From Chrysomallon squamiferum (taxonomy: Eukaryota; Animalia; Mollusca): a stretch of DNA of 64,000 nt. The stretch lies in assembly GCA_012295275.1 (NCBI GenBank), contig CM022677.1, positions 3,286,001 to 3,350,000 of the forward strand, given 5' to 3'. Under the pieces are notes generated by a model. That model did not search any database. It saw only the letters and a program-made list of their open reading frames with translations, and was not told the origin of the DNA. Positions 25,305 through 37,368 of this stretch are shown here, one piece after another. Both the position numbers and the translations under genes were made by a program. Position 1 is the stretch's first letter. Every line of letters starts with the position of its first letter.

Positions 25305-25504
25305 NNNNNNNNNNNNNNNNNNNNNNNNNNNNNNNNNNNNNNNNNNNNNNNNNNNNNNNNNNNNNNNNNNNNNNNNNNNNNNNNNNNNNNNNNNNNNNNN
25401 NNNNNNNNNNNNNNNNNNNNNNNNNNNNNNNNNNNNNNNNNNNNNNNNNNNNNNNNNNNNNNNNNNNNNNNNNNNNNNNNNNNNNNNNNNNNNNNNNNNN
25501 NNNN
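25305..25504. other. Assembly gap (200 N)
   Basis: Run of N. Confidence 1.
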
Positions 25505-28038
25505 CGGAAGAATGAATAAAGATAGAAATAACTAATAAAAGATATCCAAGCCTGGTACTGTTTAAACGCAGCCCAGCAGACGATATACACATGATGTTGT
25601 CATGATACCAGAACTTCTCCATTGAGGTATTTCACTGTTTGTCTGTATGTGTGTAAAACTTACATACGATTTGTAAACATTAGTTTATTGGTTATGTAAA
25701 ATGCCCTCGTCGCAGATTTGAGCTTCCTTTTAAATTTGACTGTATCGATATTTTATAAAAAAATTTGATACCAAATGGATTATCGAAACGAGTTAAATCG
25801 AACAAAGAAACAACAACAAAGATAATAAATAATAATAAGGAACAAATTAAAATAAATAAATAAATAAAAATAAAAATCTGGAATGACATCATTTTACAGG
25901 AAGATGTTATTAGAATGTATTTTCTTGAAGAGATAAAGTAGATGGTTATTAACAATAAAAAGTATATATGTGCTGGCATGTCTTTACGGACGAGTATGGT
26001 AAGGAGTTGTCTATTCTTATTTTGATAGGGTGTAATGTGCAATTAACCTGTGTCAGTAACATTTAAGGTTTTAATCTGTTCTCCGTGCAGATTCTTATTT
26101 TGTCTTGGTTCCCTTTATAACCTTAGTCGTATCATTAATCAAAATTACTGAAACGTGTGTTTTATTATTGTATAATGTATTATTATCAAGTCACCTGTAC
26201 CTCATAATTAAATAATTAATGTAAACGTTAACTTGTATAGTGGATAGGTAGACTTACTGATTTATATAGTTTGCTGTCATTTTAGCTTTTATATTCCTTG
26301 TTAGGTGGCCATTAAAGCACCTTGTTACCGTACACTGAGCCTTAATAAAACATCCAATGTGTGTAAAGGTGTGACCACGTGACAGTCGTCTCTTTATAAC
26401 ACTCCACAGTGAACCATCATAACACTTTTCTGAACAGCAGTATTTCAACATACTCTAATTAATACGCATTGTAAAATTACCCGATTTATACCATCAACCA
26501 GTTTCATTCATCTGCAGTCATAAAGCAAACCAGTTTTCATTTTGTGTCCTATTTCATCAGTAAAGATTGTATTTTCTATGCAGCTATATTTTTAAAAAAA
26601 ACTAAAATAAAAATAACTTTCACTGCTATTCAGCTTGGTACGGTGTGAGAACCTCATTAGTGCCTCTTTGGCAGACTTGTTTTTAATTGTAATTTTGTTT
26701 TCTTTGAAGTGAATTATAGAATATTCACTAAATCTTTATTTTTTATATGGCATTAAAGCAGAATGTCTGCTGCACTTTATCTTAAATAACTTATTATATT
26801 ACGATAATATTTATTTAGCAATCTTGTATAATCATGTTTATAATTTATATTTTTACAGTCCTTAACTCTTTACGTAATTAATGACAGAAAATAGGGTTAA
26901 ATAGACAAAAACTAAAGAGCAGAGCGTATGCAGATGTATATGGGCTATTTAGAAGCTGTATTATATAATTAGGTGAAGTTCCGTTATTTTATAAACTAAG
27001 AAACACTGGGGTTTAAGTAACTCAAGATTGGTATTAAAAGCTTCAAAGTAAATTCAGAAAGGCTATCTGCAGAGTTGTAGCTATTGGTGTATAAGTAGTC
27101 AAACGCGTTTTGAACGAGATCTCTTTGATCAGTCAGATTCGCTCCAGATTCGCTCCAAAGTTTTCGTTTTACTACATAAGGAATAATTGTTGAATTTTCT
27201 CACTGGGGATTGCCTTTCATTCATTCCTGCAAATTCGCCCAGATTCGCTCCAAAGTTTCCGTTTTACTACTCAAGGAATACTTGTTGAATTTTCTCACTT
27301 GGGATTGCCTTTCATTTATTCTTGCCAATTCGTTCCATTTGTGTGCACTTGATGCGAATACTTGGGAAAAGCGCTTTTAGGATTACGTTATACACGATCG
27401 CCAAACAGCAAAAGTAATTGAGATCTGACCAATCAACGACGAGGTAGCGTCAGCTAATAGAAATCCAGTCTCAAACAACAACCGGTCGACCAATCAAATT
27501 CGAGATATCTCCAACCAATCAGAATCCACAGTCCCAACAGCAAGCCGACGACGGAAGGAACAAACATTACTGCCAGCAATCGTGGATTATTTGTTTATCT
27601 GTTAAATTTCTCAAATTAGGATTCCACTTCAGTTTCGAACTTAGAACATTCGACATCAAATTTGGTAAGAAAAGGAATCCTATCCTCCCGGCACGTCATA
27701 ATCACTTTCCCAGCACGAAACTTTAAAACTCCCTCTTATCTCTCCATTTATCAACCTCAAACCCTCTCCCCCAGTGCTAATTTTGTCAAATATTTCAAAT
27801 TTGTGTATTCTAACTGTATTAATTTCATATATATAAATATAAATATATAATTATTATTTAAATGTTAAATTTTTCGGATTATTATTATCAAAATTAAATT
27901 TAAATAGCTAACTTTGTTTATTGCTCTTTTTCTGTAGTGTCATTACTGTTGAAATTTTAATTATATTGAATAATTAATTTATTTAAAAAAAAAAAAAAAA
28001 ATAATAATAATAATTAACCAATTCTATACTAAATAAAA

Positions 28039-30195
28039 ATGGCCGATACAAACAAATCCGTCTGCACAGGTATCACCGAAGATGACAACCAGAACGAGGT
28101 TTCCCCCAAAAAAACTGCGGAACGGAGGGGGAACTACCACACGTGGAATCTCTTGGCTCCCCGGACGATAGCGACAACGGAAATGTATCTGACAACTCTG
28201 CGGGGGACACGATACACGTGGGACTGGTTGAGACGACACCTGACCGCTCCTCCCGCCCCAACCTGTCCAATCCCCCAGACTGTAACCAAATATTCAAGTG
28301 GCCCACAAATGTCCCAACCGGACTGACCACTATTCCGGAGTCCCCACAACAAAAAACCAAAAATAAAAAAATGAAAACCCACCCAACTGTCCAATCCCCC
28401 TCCAGAACAGGTTCCAGTCAGCACATCAATCCGATTTTCAGCCCTGGACATGCTGAGCGTTGCTGTTCCCCAACATGGCTCCCACAAATCCCTCAAACTG
28501 TCCGCCAGTCCCCCTAGACCTGCTAAGTCCCCAATCCCCGGGCTGAGGCGGGTATTGTTTAACAAAAAAAAACCCGACTCTCTACGAAGCCATCTTCTTT
28601 CAACAGTCCGTCTCGCGGCTGTTGGACGACACATTATTCCACACCCGGCTGTCTGATGAGATCACCTTCATCAGGGCCGAGTCGGACAGCTCACTCATCA
28701 AACTGGGTACGAGCATGGAACTGATACCCAACCCCACAGAGTGTCAAAAGGTGTGTGTCACACTAGAGAGGTGTACAGAGGAACCTCATGAAAGGAGAGG
28801 ACCCACACCCGCAAAACCCACAAATCCCGATACCCCCATCGGACAGGCTTACTCGCAGGACAAAACAAGCAGCCAAGCCATCCATAGACAAGTGGACAAG
28901 ACGGCGGCTTAAGGCACCTGGGGGGAATACACTTTCACTGCAGAACCCCTAAAACAGACAAACATCAAAACCACAAAAAAGAAACAGAAACTAGTCACGG
29001 AAACAACAAAACAGACACCAAACAGAAACGATTTCTTAGCAACACCAACCAAAACAAATCCGACCACACAGAGACAAAAATATGTGCACCGACCTGACAA
29101 CCCCACGACACAAACTCCCCAACACTCCCCCAAAGTAGTAATCAACACAGATACAGAAATACAAGCACCGACATGACAACCCCACGAAACAAACTCCCCA
29201 TCACTCCCCCAAAGTAGTAATCAACACAGAGGAGTTTTCGCTCCTCACCTTAACGTCGGGAAGACCCTGGCCAAGAGATTTCCTATACACAAACGTACCA
29301 CCAACTGGACGGGCAAACTCCACACCTCAACAAAAAAACACCCACTACACAACACAAAGGGTACACTCAACAGCAACAACAACCACCACAACAACAGACC
29401 ACTCCTTAAGAAAACTGATAAAAATAAAATCGGGCAAAGAAACGACAAAACAAATACTAGAAACGCTAAAGAAAGAAAACCCAGACGTGATGATTCAGAA
29501 CGTCACGATCTGGAACAACGGCTACTGGGATGTGCTTCTGTCTGCCACAACAGAAGCAGAGCACATCCTATTCCACCAGAAACAATTCAAACTGCTGGCC
29601 TTTGAGGCACACCCCATAAAATGCGTCCAGTGCCAGAGATGGGGACATAATATAAAAAAATGTAGGTCGTTGAGGGGACACCAAACTTGTTTCAGGTGTG
29701 GGGGCAGACACCCCAAGAAAACGCCAGACAACCCGTGCCGTCAACCCATCCAATGCGCAAACTGTAACGGCCGACACCACACACACACAGCCACCAATGT
29801 GCGACCTACCAAAACACACTGAAACACCTGGATGCCAAAAAAACACACACACCACTAGAACCCCTCACTCGTCAACCACCCACCCGCACATACAAGCCCC
29901 CAGGACAAACAAGAAACAAACAGAAATGGACGGAATAATAAAGAAAGACAGCCAAGTGACAACCCTCCAGCTACTTAGGGTTATCACGGGCCTATTCCTA
30001 GACGAATCTCTACGGTCCCCCAACCCCAACTCCAATAATAGATCGGAAGCAGACATAGAGAAAACCACTGTGTCAGCATGTCAGACCCTCCAAAAACACC
30101 TGAGACTTCCACTGGAGCTTGACACTATGCTCAAACAATCAATGCACTACTACCAAAACAACATCAACACCGACAACACTAAACAAGTGAAATAA
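28039..30195 (+). pseudogene. LINE ORF1, copy B, frameshifted
   Basis: MADTNKS start, knuckles CVQCQRWGHNIKKC, CFRCGGRH and CANCNGRH, and the end NTKQVK*. Confidence 0.85.
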
Positions 30196-30249
30196 ACACA
30201 TCCAAAATACGCGCAATCTCCAAGGCTACCAAACTCCTACACATCACAC

Positions 30250-32488
30250 ATGGGAAAGAAACAAAACATTAAACATAAACAAGCTAAAGGCCTAAACATC
30301 CTACAGTGGAATGCCAAAGGCCTCAAATCAAGAGGTCATGGCGACGAACTCAAACACAACATAATTAACTCTAATATACAGATAGACATAATCTGCATAC
30401 AAGAAACCTGGATCACCAACACACAAACACGGAAGAACCAGCTCTTCCAAAACTTTAACATTCCAGGATTCTTTGGCTTCTTTCACAACACTAACTGCAC
30501 CACGAGAGGAGGAGTAGCAACTTATGTCAGAAATGAACTATCCTACTCACGTATCCCACTAACCAATCACCACCCCAACATAGAGACACTTGGGATAACA
30601 ATCCATGGCCAGGCTGAAGACATTAACGTTTTCAACTACTACACTCACCCAGGCAAAAATCACTACAACATAACACTAGAACACTACACTAAAAGCATTC
30701 CCTCTAAATATATCGACACCTCCATCATACTAGGGGACTTCAACAGCAGAAACCACCTATGGGGATCCTCTAGTACATGCAAACAGGGAACCATCATCGA
30801 AAAATGTACGGATCTTAACAAACACATATGTCTGAACGATGGCACGCCAACCTTCCTATCAGACATACACAACACCTGGTCATGCCTTCATATCTCAACA
30901 GTGTCTGAAAAAATAGCCTCTAAATGTGAATGGACAGTCCTTAACAATCTCAATAGCGATCACCTACCAATACTAATCTCATACAACACTGAAAATAACT
31001 GGAAAGAGTTACCAATAAACAAACACAAATGGAACTTCACGAAAGCCAACTGGACTGAATTTAAAAATCAATGTCTGGAAACAGATCCCAAACTCATTCG
31101 AAGCAATAATATTGACACTTTTAACCAAAATTAAACTGACAGAATAATTAGCATTGCCAATAAAACTATTCCAAATTCTAATTGTAAATACAAAAATAAT
31201 TCATTCCCTTGGTGGAGTGAAGAACTAAAACTCCTTACAAAGGCACACAACAAACATCGCAAAACATACCAAAAAAAAAAATAACTCAGTAACCAACCTC
31301 GCAAACCTCAAAATTAGTAAAAACAAAGTCTCACAAGCCGTGCTAAATGCAAAAAAAGAATCGTGGAAAACCTTCTGCACTTCTATCAACAAAAACACGT
31401 CTAGTAAGGAAATATGGGTCAAAATTAAACGCATACAAGGGAATCCAATTAGCAAGAACACACTTAAATCACCTTCTGGAAAAAAAACCTAACTAATTTC
31501 GACCTTTCAAAGTGGCTTCAGAAAGAACCACTCCACAAGCGACCACATAACCCGGACTTCATACAGGTCTACACAGACGGCTCCAAAGACCCTCTCACGG
31601 GAAGAAGAGGCATGGCCTTTCATGTCAGGCCGAAACTACCCGACCCACCCTTCAACTACAGAGGTAGACTGACCAACAACCTATCCGTCTTCACTACGGA
31701 ACTAATAGCTATTCTCTCAGCACTTAAATGGGTCCTAACTCAAACTTATGTTACAAACACGAAAAAGAAATTCCTCATACTGACTGACTCCCTCAGCTCA
31801 TTGCAAGCTCTGCACAAACTCACATTCAGCAGCTCCCAGTACATTAGAGAGATTATCGACATCACAAATTGTATCAACTACAGAGGACACAAGGTCACCT
31901 TCGAGTGGGTACCCGCTCACGTGGGTGTTACTGGAAACGAGCTGGCAGACAAAAACGCGAAACCATCGCTAGAAGACGACACGATCGACTTTGACTCTAA
32001 ATACAACGTTAACGAAATCATGACCATAGCGCACAATAAGCTAATAGAATCGTGGCAACAAGACTGGGACAACAAAACTAGACTATGGCATTACATAATT
32101 AAACCGAAAGTAAACTCGCCCAGCCCACTCTCAGACAACAACAAAACAACTCAAACTTTATCCCGTCTCAGAGTGGGAGTGACCTTCGGACTAAACGACA
32201 CCAGACACAGACTCGACAACACTGTGAGTAACAAGTGCGGCACATGCCATAAACTGGACAATGTCAGACACTATCTGTTCTATTGCACGAAGTACGACAA
32301 GGACAGAAGTACGACAAAAGGACAGACAACCCTCCCAAACACTTAAAAACAAGTAAACGCAGCTTTAACAAACATCAAAGTCAGATTTACACCAGTTGAC
32401 ATTTTCAACCCTCCCAAACACAAAAAAAAACAAGTAGACAACATCATAGTGCGATACGTGGAAACAACAAAAATCAACAAAAATATAA
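30250..32488 (+). pseudogene. LINE ORF2, copy B: APE endonuclease and RNase H retained, RT lost
   Basis: A 294-aa APE ORF and a 244-aa RNase H/Cys-His ORF nearly identical to copy A. PQG and FADD motifs are absent. Confidence 0.92.
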
Positions 32489-32750
32489 ACACAGAGACAA
32501 CAACACAAAATACTCACGCCCAAAAATAAACATATCCCAACAAATCTAACAACCTAGAACCAACTGGTAACCTCCCTTTCGACAGATTTACAACAACGCG
32601 GCCAAACAACAACAAAAACATACAACAACGCGACGCTAACAACAAAAACAAAAACGTGCACGACACGATGACACTACGAGATTTTTTTTGTTTCTCTTTT
32701 CTAACAACTCTCTATCTCGTTATATAATATACAACAAAAACAACAAAAAA

Positions 32751-32781
<31 letters not shown>

Positions 32782-32826
32782 ATATAAATAAATAAAACCC
32801 CTCAAACAATGCCCAATGCACAACGA

Positions 32827-32860
<34 letters not shown>

Positions 32861-32910
32861 AATGTAAACAAATAAATAAATACATGTGTAAATAAATATC
32901 TATATATAGG

Positions 32911-32941
<31 letters not shown>

Positions 32942-33804
32942 ATGTGTATGTGTATGTGTACGTATGTATATAGGTATATATATCTATATATGTGTATATG
33001 TATGTATATATATATGTATATATATGTATGGGTGTGTATATATGTATATCTACTGCACCCTTTTGGATCTTATTAACTAAAAACCACTCAAAAAAACCAC
33101 TGAAAAAGGTTTATTCCAAATTGCCTACTTCAAATCCCCCCCTTTTCAGTCCCATTCCCTTCTTTCCCTTCCCTCCACCTTCCCTTTCCCTTCCCTTCCC
33201 CTCTCCTTCCCCTCTCCTGTCCCGGAACCCATCCCTGGCGATCCCAGGGATCCGATCCGTGATAGGCGTGCCTGAACCTTGAATTGGATGTGGGCACGTA
33301 AAAAGAGTTTCCATTCCATTCCATTCTTTGATCAGTGCCCTTCTTGAGAGTCTCTGTCTGCACAAGACAAAGGAAAACGCAGACAATGGTAATTATGGTT
33401 TAATGTTTTGTATATGTAACATACATCTTGAATGATTGAAGATGGCTAAATCTATTACTGTTGAATTTTTAATAGTGTTATTCTTTTTTAAATTAGCACA
33501 GACTAATAATACTGACAGCAAGAAAACAATATCGTATAAAAATATAGTTATTGATACACCAATTTCTGTTTTCGATTAATGCAAAGACTCACAAAAGACT
33601 GAGGGCCCACAATATGCCGTTTTCGAAACGTACAGTATATACAAATTATATATTTATTTGCAATCCTATTGATAATATATTATACAGAAATGTTTCTATA
33701 TATTTTATCCCAAAACTGACATTATTTATAAATACTTTTGTAAAGTAGAGTCATACAATTTTTTCTTTTAAATTTTATTTTCTTGTATTTATTTTGTAAA
33801 ATAT

Positions 33805-33851
<47 letters not shown>

Positions 33852-33883
33852 TTTGTTTGTTTGTTTGTTTGTCACATATTAAG

Positions 33884-34008
33884 ATGGGGAGAACTGATCC
33901 CACTTCATTTCATACCAGATCTGGAAAACACAAAAGTTGTAATTCTCTCGAAGCCCAGCAGACGATGTACACATGATGTTGTCATGATATCAGAACTTCT
34001 CCATTTAG
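33884..34008 (+). pseudogene. Duplicated exon 2 of LigB-like gene
   Basis: 125 bp, AG/GT bounded, encoding WGELIPLHFIPDLENTKVVILSKPSRRCTHDVVMISELLHL. Confidence 0.8.
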
Positions 34009-34729
34009 GTATTTCACTGTTTGTCTGTAAAAATTACATACGATTTGTAAACATTAGTTGATTGGTTACGTAAACAGCACTCGTCGCAGATTTGAGCTTC
34101 ATTTTAATAAAAAATGTTTTGACTTTATCAATGTTTTATAACAACTTTTTGACACCAAATGGATTATCGAAACGAGTTAAATCGAACAAACAAACAACAA
34201 CAAAGATAATAACTAATAATAAGGAACAAATTAAAATATTTAAATAAATACAAATAAAAATTTGGAATGACATCATTTTACAGGAAGATGTTATTAGAAT
34301 GTATTTTCTTAAAGAGATAAAGTAGATGGTTATTAATAATAAAAAGTATTTATGTGCTGGCATGTCTTTACGGACGAGTATGGTAAGGAGTTGTCTATTC
34401 TTGTTTTGATAGGGTGTAATGTGCATTTAACCTGTGTCAATAACATTTATTGTAGGTTTTTAATGTCCTCCGTGCAGATTCTTATTTTGTCTTGGTTCCC
34501 TTCATAACCTTAGTCGTATCATTAATCAAAATTACCGAAACGTGTGTTTTATGATTGTATAATGTATTATTATCAAGTCACCTGTACCTCATAATTAAAT
34601 AATTAATGTAAACCTTAACTTGTATAGTGGGTAGGTAGACTTACCGATTTATAGAGTTTGCTGTCATTTTAGCGTCAATAATAATAGGGGGCAAATATGA
34701 AAAATATAGTAATATCAACATTTTTGTTT

Positions 34730-36220
34730 ATTTGCATGAATTTATTGAGGATAAACTATTTTGCGAAGCATTAGAAACCACCACTATTGCAGTTGATATA
34801 ATATAAGAAATTAAAAACATATTTAGATGATAAGCAGATACCAATGGAGAACTTTATATCTTGTGCTGCAGACGGTGCTCCAGTGATGATGGGCAAGAAA
34901 AATGGAGTTTCAAAATTACTGAAAGACGACAATCCCCAAATGTTGTTAGTGCATTGTGTTATTCATAGACAGAATTTAGTTTCCAAAAAAATTTCCTCTG
35001 TTCTAAACGAGACATTGAATGCAGTTCTAAAATGCATCAACACTATAAAAGCTAATGCCGAATGTGAGCGTCTTTTCAAACAATTTTGCAAGGATCAAAA
35101 TGCAGACTATGTAAGATTATTACTTCATACTGATGTAAGGTGGTTATCAAAGGGGAAAAGGTTCATGGAATTATTTGATATTCTTAGTGAGTTCTTTGAT
35201 GACAAACCTTATATGACTCTGTTACTGACAGTTGATGGAAAAGCACTTGTCAGTTATTTAGCAGATATATTTGAAAAACTCGATGTCTTAAATAAGGAGC
35301 TCCAAGGAACAATTATGACTCTTGTTAATACAAAGGCCAAGATATTTGGCTTTATATCATTTCTGGAATTATCCCAAGAAAATATTTCTGTCAAAAAATT
35401 TGAACAATTTTACTTTCTGAATAAATGTGAGGTAACAGATGCTGTATGTCTTGTTTTACTGGCTGAATAAATGTGAGGTAACAGATGCTACTTGTCTTGT
35501 TTTACTGGCTGAATAAATGTGAGGTAACAGATGCTACTTGTCTTGTTTTACTGGCTGAATAAATGTGAGGTAACAGATGCTATATGTCTTGTTTTACTGG
35601 CTGAATAAATGTGAGGTAACAGATGCTATATGTGTTGTTTTACTGGCTGAATAAATGTGAGGTAACAGATGCTACTTGCCTTGTTTTACTGGATGAATAA
35701 ATGTAAGGTAACAGATGCTACTTGTCTTGTTTTACTGGCTGAATAAATGTGAGGTAACAGATGCTATATGTCTTGTTATTGTGGAGCAGTTAAAAATAAT
35801 GGTAAATGATTTCAACTTCAGATTTTCTGATTTGAAAGAAATTAATTATCCATCTTGGATGACTCAGCCATTGCTAGTGGATCTCTCAGGTTAACAATGG
35901 AGTATCAAGGAGAACTTTCAGAATTACAAAATGATGACTCGATTAAAGTCCTGTTCAAAATAAAAGGAAGAATGATGTGGCTCTGTGAAGAAACACAAGT
36001 TAAATATCCAAATATAGGTAGTTTGGCAAGAAAACTACTGTTACCATTCCCATTGTCATACTTAGTGGAATGTGGATTTAGTGCTGTGAATGACTTATTA
36101 CTGAAGAAAAGAAACCAACTGGATATCACTAAATGAGGCGACTTGAGATTGAAATTAACAAAATGTATGCCTCGGATAAAACCTCTTTGCACTAGACATC
36201 AGGCTCAAGGGTCTCATTAA
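34730..36220 (+). mobile_element. hAT Buster-type transposase pseudogene (ZBED8/SCAND3-like family), termini not seen
   Basis: Motifs are CAADGAPVMMGKKNG, HCVIHRQNL, LLLHTDVRWLSKG, YLADIFEKL, the dimerization region PFPLSYLVECGFSAV, and the end HQAQGSH*. It is interrupted by a 46-bp repeat and stops. Confidence 0.93.
35418..35777 (+). repeat. 46-bp tandem repeat (~7.8 copies) inside transposase
   Basis: The unit TGAATAAATGTGAGGTAACAGATGCTACTTGTCTTGTTTTACTGGC starts at 35418, 35464 ... 35740. Confidence 0.97.
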
Positions 36221-36341
36221 TTGATTGTAATTGAATTTATTTAATCTGATGGTAGATATGTTATACACATTATAAAATGGATTTTATTTGATTAAATTGG
36301 AAGTTAAACCCTTTAGTTTTATTTGAAAGATACAATTTTTT

Positions 36342-36814
36342 ATGTTATACTTCTTCAAACCTGATAAATCAATTGTGATTGTGTTTTTCACATCACTTGA
36401 TTTATCTTTCTCCAAACTACTGGCCGGGTTCGTTCTGCCGCACGGCGGAATTGCTCTGGATCCGAAACATTTCAATACAACCAACCACACAGCAAAACAA
36501 GAAGCGTGCAAAATTCACGAAGCCTGCAAAACTGTCGATCAGACGATTCTGTCTTTATCGCCCGATATACTTTTTCTGAGCACGCCCCCTGGTATTTGTG
36601 ACTTAAATAAATTTGATTTCTATTTAAATCCCACAGGAAAAGGCTTTGCAGATACTGATAATTGCAACTGTCCTCCTTGTTGTTATAAAGTAACCGCTAA
36701 TCTTTCTAGCCAACTTTCGGAAGACATCGTAAATAAATTTGGCTCTGCTCGGAACATTTCGGGATTAAGCGGTTATGGTCCACCCGGTAAAAGCGATGAA
36801 GCATTTCCATTGAG
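36342..36814 (+). CDS. Exon 1 of LigB/Memo-like gene, hydrophobic N-terminus
   Basis: 158-aa ORF with AGFVLPHGG, SPDILFLSTPPG (family STPHG) and ...FPLR, ending AG|GTGAGA in phase 2, which matches the next exon (A TGG GGA). Confidence 0.82.
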
Positions 36815-37176
36815 GTGAGAAATAGCATGCATGTAAAAATGAGCATAAACACTTCTTTTTTAAATTAGCATAGACTAATAATACTGACAGAAAGAAAACA
36901 TTATCGTATAAAAATATAGTTATTGATACACCAATTTCTGTTTTCATTTAATGCAATGTCTCACAAAAGACTGAGGACCCACAATATGCCGTTTTCTAAC
37001 CGTACAGCACATAATAATTATATATTTATTTGCAATCCTATTTATAATATATTTTATAGAAATGTTTCTATATATTTCATCCCAAAACTGACATTATTTA
37101 TAAATACTCTTGTAAAGTAGAGTCATACAATTTTTTCTTTTAAACTTCATTTTCTTGTATTTATTTTGTTACATAT

Positions 37177-37227
<51 letters not shown>

Positions 37228-37243
37228 TTTGGCACACATTAAG

Positions 37244-37368
37244 ATGGGGAGAAGTGATCCCACTTCATTTCATACCAGATCTGGAAAACACAAATGTTGT
37301 AATTCTCTCGCAGCCCAGCAGACGATATAAACATGATGTTGCCATGATACCAGAACTTCTCCATTTAG
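37244..37368 (+). CDS. Exon 2 of LigB/Memo-like gene
   Basis: TAAG|A TGG GGA GAA..., encoding WGEVIPLHFIPDLENTNVVILSQPSRRYKHDVAMIPELLHL and ending G|GT in phase 1. No exon 3 is seen downstream in the window. Confidence 0.82.

Larger units (their letters stand above)
27134..33325 (+). mobile_element. I-group LINE family 2, copy B, with RT domain deleted
   Basis: It is colinear with copy A, with a TSD CTTTGATCAGT (27123-27133, 33326-33336) and a (CCATT)3 tail. There are two internal deletions, at ~31463 and ~31552. Confidence 0.95.
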
